Shown here in pieces: positions 1 to 13,224 of a stretch of 27,572 bases of DNA. The notes beneath the pieces are model-generated. The model worked only from the letters and a program-made list of their open reading frames with translations, did no database searches and was not told the origin of the DNA. This DNA comes from Pseudovirgaria hyperparasitica. Lineage: Eukaryota. The stretch is from the NCBI GenBank assembly GCA_010093815.1, contig ML996567.1; one strand, written 5' to 3'. Each line of letters opens with the position of its first letter. Position 1 is the stretch's first letter. Position numbers and translations under genes: made by a program.

Positions 1-388
1 CCTAACGTCGTCTTACAGAGGTGTTGTAGCCGCTATCAGTAATATTAATGTGAGCCATATTCTCGTTCGCCTCAACCAGTCATATCTTAGTTCCAAGTTG
101 GTCAATGCAAGTGGGACACTTCACCATACACGTCGAACTCGACCTTAGATATCCTGCAAAGCAAATATCGATAACTGCCATTCACACATACGACACAAGG
201 AAGATGTCAGACTGATGAGATGCCCCGGAAAGCCACGTGATAATATTGAACAATATTCAAGATGGGAGAATTTGGCGGCCAAAGCCTTCACTTATCTCGC
301 GTGATTATATACTTGCGCCATTTGCTAATGCATTGATCTTCTAGGCCCTTCTTTGGTTCACACTGGCCCAGTCGTCCAACTTCCTACT

Positions 389-1632
389 ATGAGGAAAACA
401 CGGATTCCGTATCCACTCTTCCAAAGAGACAAAGATCGCGAAAGACACCAAATCGGGAACCCTACTCTTGTAGAAACCACTTACGACCAGCGGCACCTTA
501 GAAATGCCACCAACCTACGCGATGCTGGTGCAGTGTCCAAATCTCTGAGACAACGAACCTTTCCACAGCCAAGTGAACATGACGCGTCATATCAGCACGA
601 GTGAGATATAGCCATCCATGCAGAGACTGGCAGCGCACTAATCTTCACAGTCATTTGAGACTACCACGGACACCTTTTGGCAATGAAGTTCGCATTTCCG
701 CTGCGCCTACAGATGTATCTGAATACTCTCAAGGACAATCGAACTACGGGTACGACTACTATGATCATCCTACGGCTCAGACCTCACGCGGTGCCGACCA
801 CTCACCTCAGATATCACCTATATTGGAGCCTACAAACCCTGACGGGCGGAATTCGATGCGAAGTGTGTCGCCTATTCGAGAACCTTTATCAGCAACAATA
901 TTTCCGCAAACCCCGGAGCAGTTGCAGTCGAAGTGGTCGCCTAACACTGCTTCACCGGAGTCTACCTTCACACATAGATCAACAATGCCGGTACAGTCAA
1001 AGTTTTCACCAGTGTCGACTATATCTCCACAGTCAAAGCGTTCTGGTAGATCCGTTGCCGTACCTGAGTCAAAGTTCTCGGCCCATTCGACCCCGCAATC
1101 TAATTACTCTCCTCAATCAACTTTTGCGCCCGTACCGCGATATACAGGTTTCATTGACAACCGTCGCCCTCGACCATCAAGCCTCGCCGATTCTCTCACC
1201 ACGGTCAACACAAAGAATACGACTGCAACAACCCGTAAACCGGTACCCCACCGTGTTGCTTCTTCGACAGCTGCCTCCATCATGACCAACGCAACCGCGA
1301 AAGCCCTGCCACCACCACCAATGGACCTCGATCCCAAAGATCGCATTGCAAACCTTGAAGCACGCATGGGTGATTTATATGTTCAGAAGAGCAATATCAC
1401 CCGAATCATTGCCGATCTCAAAGAGACGAAACCGCAGAACCCTCTGCTCTCCGATATCGCGAAAAGGAGAGAAGATGAAAGAAGATTGCAGGAATTGGAG
1501 GAGCAGCTGCACAACATCGTAAGCGAGGAACATGAGACGGGGGTCAGTCTGAGTAGGGCGTGGAGAAAACGCGATGAGGAGAACCCGGAGTTTTCGTCGA
1601 GCGTCTTGTGGATTCACAGGGTCACCTCATAA
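389..1632 (+). CDS. Uncharacterised fungal protein, Ser/Pro/Thr-rich with C-terminal coiled coil; exons 389-600 and 651-1632 (397 aa if ATG 389 is the start)
   Basis: ORFs 353-604 and 601-1632 join in frame through a 50-nt intron at 601-650 (GTGAGA...CACTAATCTTCACAG), giving ...ASYQHD-HLRLPRTPF.... ATG 389 has A at -3. The low-complexity S/P middle is followed by a heptad-like region (DRIANLEARMGDLYVQK...RRLQELEEQL...EEHETGVSLSRAWRKRD...LWIHRVTS*). The start is uncertain because further intron-like signals lie upstream (1-18, 50, 301-344). Confidence 0.8.
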
Positions 1633-2050
1633 CGGCATTCGTTGGAGAACATAGGAGCCCTTTAGCATTCGGAGAAATGTACGAACGAGATCGTGCTGGA
1701 TCTAGAAACGAATTTCTTGGGACACTATATAGCATTGGTTCTGACATACCCCCATTTGCGAAGGAGTTTGGCATATGTGTAATGGCTGGTAGCAGTGAAC
1801 CTCGAGAATTTTCCTTATATTAGAAGAGAGTCGGAAATAGCTTCTTGTATCCTTTGCCTCCAAACGAGGTAAACAGGTTCTGCTCCCTGCTTGTGCTTGA
1901 GTTATCGTGACTTCGTATTCAACCCTGCACGTGATCATGGCTAGCCGATGTTGCCGACCTCAAACTTCGATTTTCCCACCAGGTGACTGCTGTTAGACTA
2001 TTGCTCCATGTATATGCGCACTGTCTCATCTACCGGCCTGTCGCTTAGCC

Positions 2051-4200
2051 ATGTCCGCGATGGTAACGTTCGCAGCCGATTCGGACGGTTTCCGAAAACG
2101 GAAACGCGTGCACAAGGCTTGCGATGCCTGCAAAAGGCGTAGGGTCAGTCAGCCTTGATGCATCTTCGACGATTCACTGACCCGAATTTAGAAACGTTGC
2201 AGTCATGTTTTTAATGAAAGTGAAGGGAAACATACTGGAGTTTCAGTGACGCCTGAGGAATGTCATCGCGATGGAGTCTCACTTGGCAGCGAGTCTCGCG
2301 AGGCGGGACAAAGGCCCAAGGCACGAAGACAGACTGAATTTACAAACGGCGTGAGCACAATAGAGATCGCACAGACCACGAATGAGCAGTATTCAAATGA
2401 TATGCCTGAGCCCCGTGACGATGGCCGTGACCAAGAACCTTCACGTTTTGTGGGTTATCTAGCTCCGGAAGCACAGCTACGCGGTCAACTTCGGGCACAG
2501 AAAGACAACGCCGACCAGCTTATCCAGCATTATTGTGGGCACTGGGTCGCCTGGCAGCACAACTTCAAGTCGGGACTCGCGGGTGATCTGGCTCCCTCTT
2601 CGACCATAGTTGGACCAGAGGACCAATCAGTAGCTCACAACTTCCTAAGGGCATATCTGGATGCTATAGGAGTCAACTTGAGACCACCGCGTAAACATCA
2701 AGATGTTCTCATTCAGATATATTTCGAATACATTCATCCAATCCTACCGCTCGTGGACGAGGCTAAATTCAGAAGACAATATGGGGATGCTGAAGAACCC
2801 AGACTCCTTCTGCAAACCATTTGTATCCTCGCCGCGAAGCACGATAAAGCTAGGAGCCATCTCTATCTAGATGACTCATCCGTGGTGTATAACCCTCGCG
2901 ACTTCTCAAGAAAGCTGTTCTCATCTGCTACCGCCGCGCTCGAAGCAAAGCTAGAGACAGACAGGATCACTCTGATCCAATCTCTAGCTCTCCTATCTCT
3001 ACATTGCGAAGGCTTCGATGGGGCGGAACAAGCATCAATGCATCTATCTCAAGCCGTTCACCATGCTCACACTGTGGGTTTACAGTTTGGTCAGAAGCAG
3101 GGTACGATGGGACATGGCTTAGAGACCATATTCTGGTGCCTCTGGAGTCTTGACAAGCTCAACGCATGTATCAATGGCCGGCCATTACTTATGCACGACA
3201 GAGACCAGCACATACCAAGGCTCGAAGAGTCTTCGGAAAGGAGGACACCGTTTGGTATCTGGCTACAGCTGGCGGACGCACTAGACAAGGTAATCTGCTA
3301 TTATCGGCCAGGCCTACCACCAGACAAGACAGGATGGGAAGAGGACTTTCCGTCGTTCGAAGACATCATAGGTGAAGGAGGTGATAGTCTGGATGCCCCC
3401 ATTCTCGGTGAGCTCTATTTTTTACGCACATCGTACTCATACTCACATTTATAGCATTTCTAGAGCTCTTCTATCACGCAGTAGCGATGGCCTCACATCG
3501 ATCGATGGCCATCAACGACCCCGTCAAAGCCACGCCATCTTATACACGCCAAAGCTTGTCTGCAGTACGAGTCGTTTCGATACTTAAAGATGAGTCTCCT
3601 GATAACCTTCCACCTCTACCTATTATCCCGTACGCTTTGTCCTTGGCCGCATCAACGGCCTACCGGAGATTCCGTCAAAGCAAGCTCCAGACGCACAAAA
3701 GCCGCGGAAAAGAGGATCTCAAGCGATGCTGTGAATTGCTGAACAAGCTTCGTATTTCTTTCTGGTCTGCCGGCGCCACTGCTGATTTAGGGAAGGCTGC
3801 GTTGAGCAAGGCAAACAGCCAGGACCTGATTAGACAAGATAGACCGAAGCATTCTGGGAGCAAATATGTAGAACCATCGGGAAATGTTCAAGCCTCCGTC
3901 AATGGCACTCACATAAGTGACATCCAAGGACCAGCTACTATCACTCAGAACTCAGTCTCTGACACCGACGTCGCAGCAGCGCAAGCCCTGAGTTCTTTAC
4001 AGACCACACGCCTTCCCACCCCATCATTCGCGGATGAGATATTACCTCCGACTTCTGGCGAATCGCTGGACTGGCTGAATTTCGATCACGCTTTCGAAAA
4101 TATGGAAACGCTGCTGGGGAGCGCCGGTGCTGACGAGTCGAGCTACCTACTAAGGCCTTTCAGTATTGATACAAGCATGCCCGGCATGTTTAGCCCCTAG
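2051..4200 (+). CDS. Fungal-specific transcription factor (Fungal_trans / middle homology domain) with truncated zinc-cluster-like N-terminus; exons 2051-2143, 2192-3407, 3455-4200 (684 aa)
   Basis: Exon 1 encodes MSAMVTFAADSDGFRKRKRVHKACDACKRRR. Intron 2144-2191 (GTCAGT...CTGAC...TAG) joins in frame to KRCSH... and ORF 2246-3454. Intron 3408-3454 (GTGAGC...CTCAC...TAG) joins in frame to AFLELFYHAVAMASHR... and ORF 3487-4200. Fungal_trans hallmark segments are present: YFEYIHPILPLVD, LIQSLALLS, AVHHAHTVGLQ, FWCLWSLDKLNACINGRPLLM. Total spliced length is 2055 nt, or 685 codons including the stop. Confidence 0.92.
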
Positions 4201-6486
4201 ATTTGATTGGCTAACGGCTGCTATCGATACTAAAATCGCGAGATGCCATACTATTCTTGTAAGTCATCCACTAAGCGCTAGTATTGGAGTGAATTTGACG
4301 AGTAACATAAAGGCAGTTCATTTAGTCCAAAGGATATCGATCAGCATAAGCCATTTTATTGTCAGTATCCTATAAGCAGACCTTGAACACATTTGCACCA
4401 GTCGCGGGAAACAGACTTGGAAACTGCCAGCGTTGCACTTCTAGGGGCCCTCGGCTGAGTTGCCCTCAGCATCTTGACCAACGTAACTCTCCACTCCAAC
4501 ATTCGTCTAGACCTTAACCGCATAAAAGTCATACTCGTTCTATCCCCTCTCGATCACAGCTCAAGAGCACAGCAGAAGTCTCGTGGAGGACAATGAACTG
4601 AAACTACTGTGAGATACCACCTTTTTCCGTCGCTCTGGTCAAGTCTCCCTGTGCAGTCCTCATATTCACATGTCACTAGGAGATGAGCGACTACATGTGG
4701 TGTTACATCATCACTAAAGCATTCTAGGACGTATATGAGGTAAGTACCAAGATGGGGAATGCGCAAATATGATCCAGTCCGTGGGAGAATCGTCTAGGCG
4801 TGAACCTGGACTCGGCTTCTGACCGCGCTCGTCCATCCCCTTTGTCCTTTGAAACCTTGGCGTGAGGTTTTTAATTCTATCAAAGTCATGATGGATCGTC
4901 AGGTGTACGAAATGTCGAACAAAGACCAAGCAGGCGTTCAATTTGCATCAGCCTGGCAGTCGTGATGACTCGCTTGTAGCCCTCTGCACCTCAGACTCCC
5001 ATCAGCGGAGGAGGCTTCTTGTTTCAAAGTCGCATCACGTAGTCATTGCCAACCTGTTCCATATTGGAAACTTCTGTCCACGACTGTTTCAACGCGCCCA
5101 TCACAATGCCTAAATAAGCAAATACGCCAGACCTTGCCTGATCCATGATTGTCACCGACCTCGCCTGGCCATGAACCAACTCGCACGGCCTACTGCACCG
5201 CGCCGCAGTTTCGGCTTCGCAGTCGTCAATCGCAGTCAACCACGGCTGCGGGACATGCACATTTGCACAGCGCCTCACGAAATGCGTGACGCAAGGATTC
5301 AATAGAAATGAATATCTGAGATCAGATCTCAGCCCTCTCGAAACATGCGCGGACTGCATGACAAAGAGCCGACTTAACACCTGGGCAGTTTTGGTAGGAT
5401 CCTGAAGGAAGCAAGGGGTGATGTGGCCGCACATGTCTTATATCAGATCTATTCTATGGCATGCTTGCAGATTTGGGGATTGTGGGCAGGCTACGATAAA
5501 GCGACGACTCATCACATGGACATTTGTGCGGGCGCAACACGCAAGGGAGACCGCCCGATGCAGCGGGATCGGGACTCGAACGTCGAGGCGTGGGAGACAT
5601 GGGCTATATGTCATGATCCGGGAGCCGGGATGTATGCGGCGGGAAGGGGGTTCACATGGCACACGTGCCGTTCCTGTGCCTTGGGTACAAGTGATCAGCT
5701 CACGTGGATACGACTTGGTAAGATCATGGAATTATGACGGGAGAAGGAAGGGGTGGAATCATCCCATGTTAGACTACCGCGTGTTTGCAGAAAACACGGA
5801 TATCCCAGCGGATTCCCGGGCCCATGATTCCGGGACCCGGTGCGAGTCGGCTCAGTGGCTGTGCGCCGGGTAAACTTCATCGCCCTGCCCTTGCTTCCCC
5901 CCTGCCACGGCGCATCTACCTTCCTAGAGAATTGCACTGCGGTGTTTCGTTCTCCTTTGGTGTTCTTTGATGCTATTGTTGATTTCGCCCCTGATCACCG
6001 GACATGGCGACGGTGCACAAACTCCATGCTCCATGGCACAATATACACACAACTGGGCCGCGAGCGTGTACAACCTTCGCGCGCGCACCCCGACCATAAT
6101 CGTCACCGCCTGAGCAAGCACTACAAGCGTTGCCAGTAAAAAATCGATCTTTCGATCTTTCGATCAAGTCAATTCTATCAATGCCCGTCTCTAAACTCCG
6201 TCCTCGGTACCGAGCCTGTCTCCGATCCTAGTCCATCGCCTGTAATTACCACTTACTCTCGTTAATCCATCGCCAACTTGCCACGCCTCAAGGCACCCAT
6301 TTTCTACATCCAGAAATGCACCGCGCCATTCAACGCATCTAGAATGGATGCGACTCGGCCGATCTGGCGAGGTGCATCAGGGGCAGTTGGCAGTTGGCAG
6401 GCAGGCATGTGAGGTAAAGGGAGGAAGAGGCCAGAGTGGATCGGTCTATACTGGCGGTGTGAGACGAGCAGCTACGGACTTGTACT

Positions 6487-6511
6487 GCGATGCGATGCGA
6501 CGCGATGCGAT
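6487..6511. repeat. (GCGAT)5 imperfect pentanucleotide repeat
   Basis: gcgatgcgatgcgacgcgatgcgat. Confidence 0.85.
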
Positions 6512-9500
6512 GGTGCGCGGTGGCTGTGGCGTTCTGGGCGATGGCTTTCATGGCTGTGGTCCAGAAGGGTCGCTGTGGATATGGCTTGCAGAACGAACAA
6601 GTGCCATATGCCGCGGAGGGTGTGATATTGGGGTAGAATATTAGGCTATGGAATGGTTCATGGCTGTTGGAATATGTCACGAGGTAGCACGCGTGGCGCC
6701 ACATTGCTTATACAGTATGAGCGTTTATGTGTTATGCAATTACGTGCCTACAGTTGCAGCGGAGGGAACTCACCTACAGGTGTGCATGGCTTTTGGTTGT
6801 TCGGAGGGTTGCATTGGGTTGAGTTTTAAAAACTCTACTTGTGACGTCGCGTGTCAGCAACAACAACAGAACCTTATCAATGAGATGCTTCTCTGATAGA
6901 GACACTCTCTGTTGGTTGATGATGATGATTGTTGGTAGACGTAAGCCAGAGCTTCTCGATCAAGCTTGCATCTACAGCCAGCCAGCCCTACGGGCCGGCG
7001 CGCGCTATCGATATTCCAAGACATGGCAGCGAGGCGTTGACGAACGGTCCTAGATCATGGAGGTTGCATATCAAGCAAGACATCGAACCACATACACAGC
7101 GATCGACGTTGCGCCGGACAAATTTGCACCTTTCCAACGATTTGGCTTTAGCAATTTCGATATATTGTGGCGCCTGTGTAGCCTATGCTGTGCCTACAAA
7201 TCACTATATTATGGGTCTCACAATAACGGCGACCATTGCCTGCGACGCCTAGCTCTTGACATGATAGTCCTATGTTCGTTCTCGACCATGGTAGAAGGGC
7301 AGGTTCGCAGAGGGCGTCACAGCTCAGCAGCCACGGTTTGGGCATCGATCAAATTCATGCTCCACCAGCTCGCCGATATGCTTTCAAGTCTCTTCCTTTT
7401 TTTGGAATTGTCCGCGCGGACGATACGTACACATGGGCTCACGGACTATTAAGACCAGTTGTATCTAAGCGTAGCTCTCGATGTGAAGGACGCCTTGTGT
7501 GTACCGTGTCGCACTGTTGGAAGCCATCAGTACAGGACGCAATCGGCCTTGAAACTCTTGGGACATTCGGCTGCGTTAGCCGTTGCAAACAGGCAAGCCC
7601 GTTCAAAGCTTTTCGTCGCTTTGTGGCCGCCACAACATGCGTGAATCGACCGACTTTTAGGTGGCTGCAGCTGCTGCTGCAAGGGCGGAGGTTGCCGTGT
7701 TGGAACCCACAGTCTGGCGCGTGATCACTATTGAGAACGTCAGGTTTTGCATTTCTTAGCGGGCGCATGGTTGCAATGTGCATTTGCGCGTCGAGCGAGC
7801 AATTGATGCGCTGACATTGAAGTTGATGCTCTATCCAGTGGCCGGAGTGGTACCTTGGGTATGATGAGGTGAAGCTGACTAAGAAGCAGGTAACCAGGAA
7901 TTCTTTTGAGAATAGAACTAGGCAATACGTGTTGTAACTTGTGCTGCGCATACATGCATCCCAGTAAAGTCGAACTGATCTTTCAGATTCAACTGAGATT
8001 AGCCTTTCGTGACCGGCATAAGCCAAAAGCAAAAAGCCATCGTCTGACTTCCATGGGCATCGGAATCCGGGCTGTCAGTTCCGGGTCGTTCGTTTGTGAT
8101 AAGCAAAGTTGCTCAGCCCTCTTCGACCCGCAAGCAAAAGATGCTTGTGATGCTCGGCCAGAGAGAACAAGGAGTCGCTCAACGTAGGACCTTCGATGTA
8201 CCACCCGAGTATGCTCGTTGCTCCAGACAAGGCAAACACGGCAGTGTAGTGCATGCTTCACGCCCTATCCAAGCTATCCAAGAGCGCGGCACTGACACGC
8301 TCTTTCGACATCTCTGGGGCAGTATCCACGAAGTGTACACTGCCCTCCAATCCCATTGTCAGTATCCAAAGGAAGCAAAAGGCAATCCGTGGATGAGGAC
8401 GGATACCTGCCGCTCTCACATCAGCCGTGCATTGGTAGCCTGACTTCGCGACCCTATTAGACTCTTTTCGTGATGTGTCGTGTACACGCACTACCGTACG
8501 AGGCAGCCACAACGGCGAGAGGTTCCGCTCGTGTACGGCTGAGTGATCTGTCTGACATGCAAGCGAGTTCTCTTTCTGCGACGGAGCATTCTCGATACGA
8601 GCTATCGGACTCGTGTATTGTATGGGACCACGAAGGACGTCCAAGGCAACGCAATTGCGAACCAGAACGATTCATCATGGGAATTTCAACAAGAAGGTTG
8701 ATGAACGTACAAGGCGAAACAGTGGCGTGAATATTCTCAGAGTCTATGAATTTAGGCTAATTAGCGGGAAGGAGCTCTCGTTCACCCAGAGAAGTAACAT
8801 GCGATGCCTGCGGCGGATACGGGAGGATATCGCTGTGCTGTTGTTGCATGTGTTGGGTCTCTGGAATGAAACCGATGGATCATCCCTTGAAACCAACAGC
8901 ACGCGACGCTCAGAGAAGTCGTGATCCTCACTATTCCGGGGACTTGCAAGGAAATCTCAAAGGATCGCTTTCTACTAATGCAGCCCCTAGCAAGATTACG
9001 CAGCTGTGATCACAGAGCATGGCTACCAGGCTGGTGATACATGGACTGGTGATTGAATACAGATTGTATGATCAGAGCTAGTCGACTCTGCCCAGTGTAA
9101 AACCACTGAGGAAAGTACTCCCTGTACGAATATGAAGGTCGTTCATGTCGGCAGTTCAGCCCCCATTTTCACGACTACCCCACTAATTAGGTAGAGGTCT
9201 GTCGAACAACCAAGATGCATCATCATTCTGCCTTGATTTTGCATAAGCGCAGACCTCAGCCATGCTAGTTGCGCCGCCAACGAGCGTCGAATGGCTTGAA
9301 TTAGACATGGTCCTGGATAGGGCCGCAAGGTTCACAGTATCTTGAACCTATCCCATCCTCGTACATGCCCACACGTCAATCTATCTTGCTCGACGCATGT
9401 AAGACTGGAGATCTGGCAGCTGCAATCCGACCGCCGTACAGAAAGCCATCCGAGGCGATGCGAGCCTGTACGTTATCGTCGATACCGGGAAGTCATCCTA

Positions 9501-11687
9501 GTCCTACGCAGTTTGGAAATGCACCGGCGATAGGTCATAGGTATTGATCCTTCGAAGTCGGCAACGAGCATGTCATCAGCTTGCCCGAGCCGCTGCTTCT
9601 TTTTTCACTTCCTGCAAAACGTCCATGGTGGCTGGTTTTACCACTGCTCACCAAAGCCACTAAGAGTAGTGATACTGGCAACGGACGGCAGTCACAGGGA
9701 GTCACCTTTCGTGGCTGCAGGGCTGGTCCTTCTGCTGATTGATCAAAGCTAGGGAGGGATCTAGGAGGCGAGTAATTACTCTGTGCGCCGAGGGTACCGT
9801 CGACCGTGTCGATATATGAGCTTGCCATGGGGTAATGGACCGATACCAGCTGTTCGTGCAACACCATCCTAAAATCCTGAGATCGATCATACGTTGACAG
9901 CATACTCCTATCGCCAGGCTCCGAAACATCTGTTTTTAGGAGTGTAAGCCATCGGCATGATGCAGACAGAGATTTGTCGTTCGGAATTCCCGCAAGCCGC
10001 GCGAGGTCGCCCGAATGATTTCTTTCAACATTTGATCTCAATCTCTTCGTCTCTCATCGAGGCAGAACCAGGGATTTGGCTTGCGAATTGCGCCATCAAG
10101 TTCTGTCGGAACCAGTAGGCTCCATGTTTCGTAGCATAGCGCCACCCGCAGGAACAGACAAGACTTTGCGTGCCTATCGAAAGCCCCAGACCCGCGTACT
10201 CAAAACCGGGAATTCACATGAGGTCGATGAAGTAAGTTGGGATCTCTGCGTATCGCGAGACGAAGCGCACACCCAGAATAGCAGATGATGATGAACACGA
10301 GGGGAACGAGCGATGGCCCGATGGACATCTGCTTCTTGATTCGAGGGTCTATCAAAGCCAATTTGCATCTCCTGATCTCAATTACCCCCTTGGCCGAGTC
10401 GAGGGCTGAAGCTGTTGACATAACATGAGTCACGCGCGTGCATACATTGAAGACTATCGTCGATAATCGCTGCGGCTGGACCGAAAGTCAGAAGCATCCG
10501 GCATTATGGGCATGGGCTGGGGAAATTGCGATCTCACGATGGCCAAGTCTATCGAGCTGCATGGTGTTGTCGCGCACCGTTGGCTTCTGAGCGCGCGTAC
10601 ATGGCAGATAGACCACGAGCCTAGTCTCGTCCATCGCCACCACCGACGCAAGGTCTGCAAGGCACATTTGCCGGTACCCATGACATCCAAGTCAAGATCC
10701 TGTCGCAATCGGCCAAACGCGACCAACCACGGCATCACAACGCACAAGACACTGCAAAAGTGTTGTGACTGCAATTTGACTTTGCCCATATCTTCTCACC
10801 GGGACAACCAAATAAGCCCCTCCCATGCAGCTCTCACCACACACCAAGACTCTCGCGTGCATGTTCCCAGCCGCCTTCCCAGCCCTAAACCCATCCGCCA
10901 GGCCCCGCGACCGAGGCATCGTTTGCTTTTGCACCAGCAGAATAGCGACGACAAGAGTGATCTTCGGTTGAAGACTAAAAGTAAAAGCCTTGGGGGCGCA
11001 GCGCCACAATCGTTGCACTGAGACACGCGCAGTCGCACCAGCCACCCGCCCCCGACAAGGACGTCAACCTTGGTGGTCTGTTTATCAAAGCCATCTCCGG
11101 ACTATCTTTGATAAGGAGCAGGATGTAACTAGCACGTGACTCCGGCGTATCCCTCAGACCTTATGTAGCCGTAAACTTTTTCCCCTACCAAACGCTGTAC
11201 AATCCAGAACGCCGTTTCATGCTGGCCCACTCCCAATCCCAGTCCCTGTGACCAAGGTCGGTGATGCCCCGCGCTACTATTAGATATTACTGCATCGCGG
11301 AAGACTCAATCGGGTGCGCGATTTGCAGATTAAGAAGAGATTGGGCCGATGCACCACACCCTACCTCTCCTACCTGCGTCACGGCCTCCTATACAAACTC
11401 TCATAGTGCTGCATGCATTAATATCATGGATGATTATACAGAACTGTAGCTCCAGGAATCTTACGGACGACGCCACTGGCGATCACAACAATCAGCCGCG
11501 CCGTCTGACATGCGCCAGGCAGCATGCGAGCGTTCAAAGTTCTGACTGCGCGTATTTCTGACTGTACTGATCCCGAAAATCCCTTGTGTCATCCCGTGAC
11601 CGAGCGGGATAGATGGAGCTCTGGGATTTTCTGCTCGAGTAATGCTGAGACGTACAGCCAACACCGGTGTCGATCAGGAAACGTACA

Positions 11688-11744
11688 CATCATCATCATC
11701 GTCATTGTCGTTGCTGTTGTTATTGTTGTTGTTGTTGCTGTTGT
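11688..11744. repeat. Compound (CAT)n/(GTT)n trinucleotide microsatellite
   Basis: catcatcatcatcgtcattgtcgttgctgttgttattgttgttgttgttgctgttgt. Confidence 0.85.
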
Positions 11745-12450
11745 CGACGTCGTCAAACAGCCAAGTGTTGTGCTTGTGTGTGGTGTATGCATGCATGAGA
11801 CACACTGACATCGTCATGTCACTCACCACCCATCATCCCTCCTTTCCATTCAAACCATCCCATCCCCATCCCCGAGACGTACCCGGCAGTTGCAAGCCTG
11901 AAAAACACGCACTCACTCACTCAACTCACTCTCTGACAATGACGCCCCAAAAAACTGCGCAAAAACCCACATCTTTTCTTGTCGTTCCATCCTTCCAGCT
12001 CTGCCCATCCATGATCATGACGAGGTCGCTATCCTACCACCATGTACAAAGTACGTAGGTAGTTGCCTGGCAAGGTTGGGCAGACCCGGTCGTTGCATTA
12101 TCGAGGCTACTATTAGCTAGCGATTGATGAGCTTGAGCTCTGAATGCCCTGCCTGGGAGGGACAACAACAGGCATGGGGACATGAAATGGACATGGACAT
12201 GCGCGGACCTGAGAGCTTCCGTGTTGCTGGCATGAAACATGGCATAGAGATTGTTTTTTTTTTTCGATACTGTCTGTACTTACTAACAGCATACAAGATC
12301 GACCATCTGCTTATTCACGCACTCACTTATTCTGTCATCGTAGTCTCGTCTGATTGATTGTTGGGTGCTGGGTTGACGGTTGGGTCTATACATACGCACA
12401 CTCTCAAAACACACTTACTCACTCACTAACACGTACGAACACATGAAACG

Positions 12451-12494
12451 CATCCATCCATCCATCCATCCATCCATCCATCCATCCATCCATC
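12451..12494. repeat. (CATC)11 microsatellite
   Basis: Perfect CATC tandem array of 44 nt. Confidence 0.95.
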
Positions 12495-12637
12495 AATCCT
12501 ACAACCCGAAGAAAACCCCCCTCCTCCAATACACGCACACACACCCAAGCGCGAAAACGGGCCGTTGATTTCGTGCTTGTGAGTTCCTCGCATCGCGCAC
12601 TGGCTGCATGTATAGTGTTTACATAGTATACCGATTA

Positions 12638-12901
12638 CAGTCCAGTCCAGTGCAGTCCAGTGCAATCTAGTATAGTCCAGGCCCCTACCTGTCTGTCTGT
12701 CTGCTTCATCCACTCATCCACTCACTCAATGATGCACACTCCCCTCCACTCCACTCCACTCCACTCCACTCCCAAAACTCCACTTCAAAACCCCCTGCTC
12801 CAAGATCCACACACACACAACAAACGATGACTCCGTCTACCTATTCAGACATGCCATGCCATGCCATGCTATATACCATACCATACCATACCATACCACA
12901 G
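12638..12901. repeat. Cluster of pentanucleotide repeats: (CAGTS)n 12638-12680, (CTCCA)n ~12744-12771, (CATGC)n(CATAC)n ~12850-12901
   Basis: Period-5 arrays are directly visible, interspersed with (CTGT)n and (CA)n. Confidence 0.85.
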
Positions 12902-12998
12902 CCCACCCCCTCTGCTTACCGCCTTGACCCCAAACCCCCACCTCCATCCGCCAAGATCCAAAAGCCCAATCAAATCCATTCTTACGTACCACGCAGTC

Positions 12999-13031
12999 AG
13001 AGAGAGAGAGAGAGAGACAGAGAGAGAGAGA
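12999..13031. repeat. (AG)n microsatellite, one interruption
   Basis: agagagagagagagagagacagagagagagaga. Confidence 0.9.
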
Positions 13032-13187
13032 CAAAACCCCCGGGGCCGCCAAGCTCGTATACACTCACTCAGCAGGAGTAAATATAGCAGGTAGCACGGT
13101 CAAAGAAAACACACCAAGACGCGCAAGCCCAAGCATAGCCAAGACTTGACTTTGGTGATTGAGCATGATGCTTGGATGTGTCTTTTG

Positions 13188-13190
13188 TGG

Positions 13191-13224
<34 letters not shown>

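Noticed and set aside
677..1285. 202-aa alternative-frame ORF inside gene 1
   Set aside because: Shadow ORF over a Ser/Pro-rich CDS, with a TTG start and Arg/Leu-rich composition typical of off-frame translation.
4712..4746. Apparent + strand micro-exon (CTAAAG...CTAG GACGTATATGAG GTAAGT)
   Set aside because: I could not find partner exons or a consistent reading frame.
9576..9632. Minus-strand GCCACCATGG followed by a 16-aa ORF (MDVLQEVKKEAAARAS)
   Set aside because: Too short, with no supporting evidence; a single good Kozak context can occur by chance.
10285..10378. C/D-box snoRNA-like arrangement (ATGATGA...CTGA, short AGA/TCT stem)
   Set aside because: The C box is part of a (GAT)n run, and I recognised no rRNA-complementary guide or clear C'/D' boxes. 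A snoscan or Infernal search would be needed.
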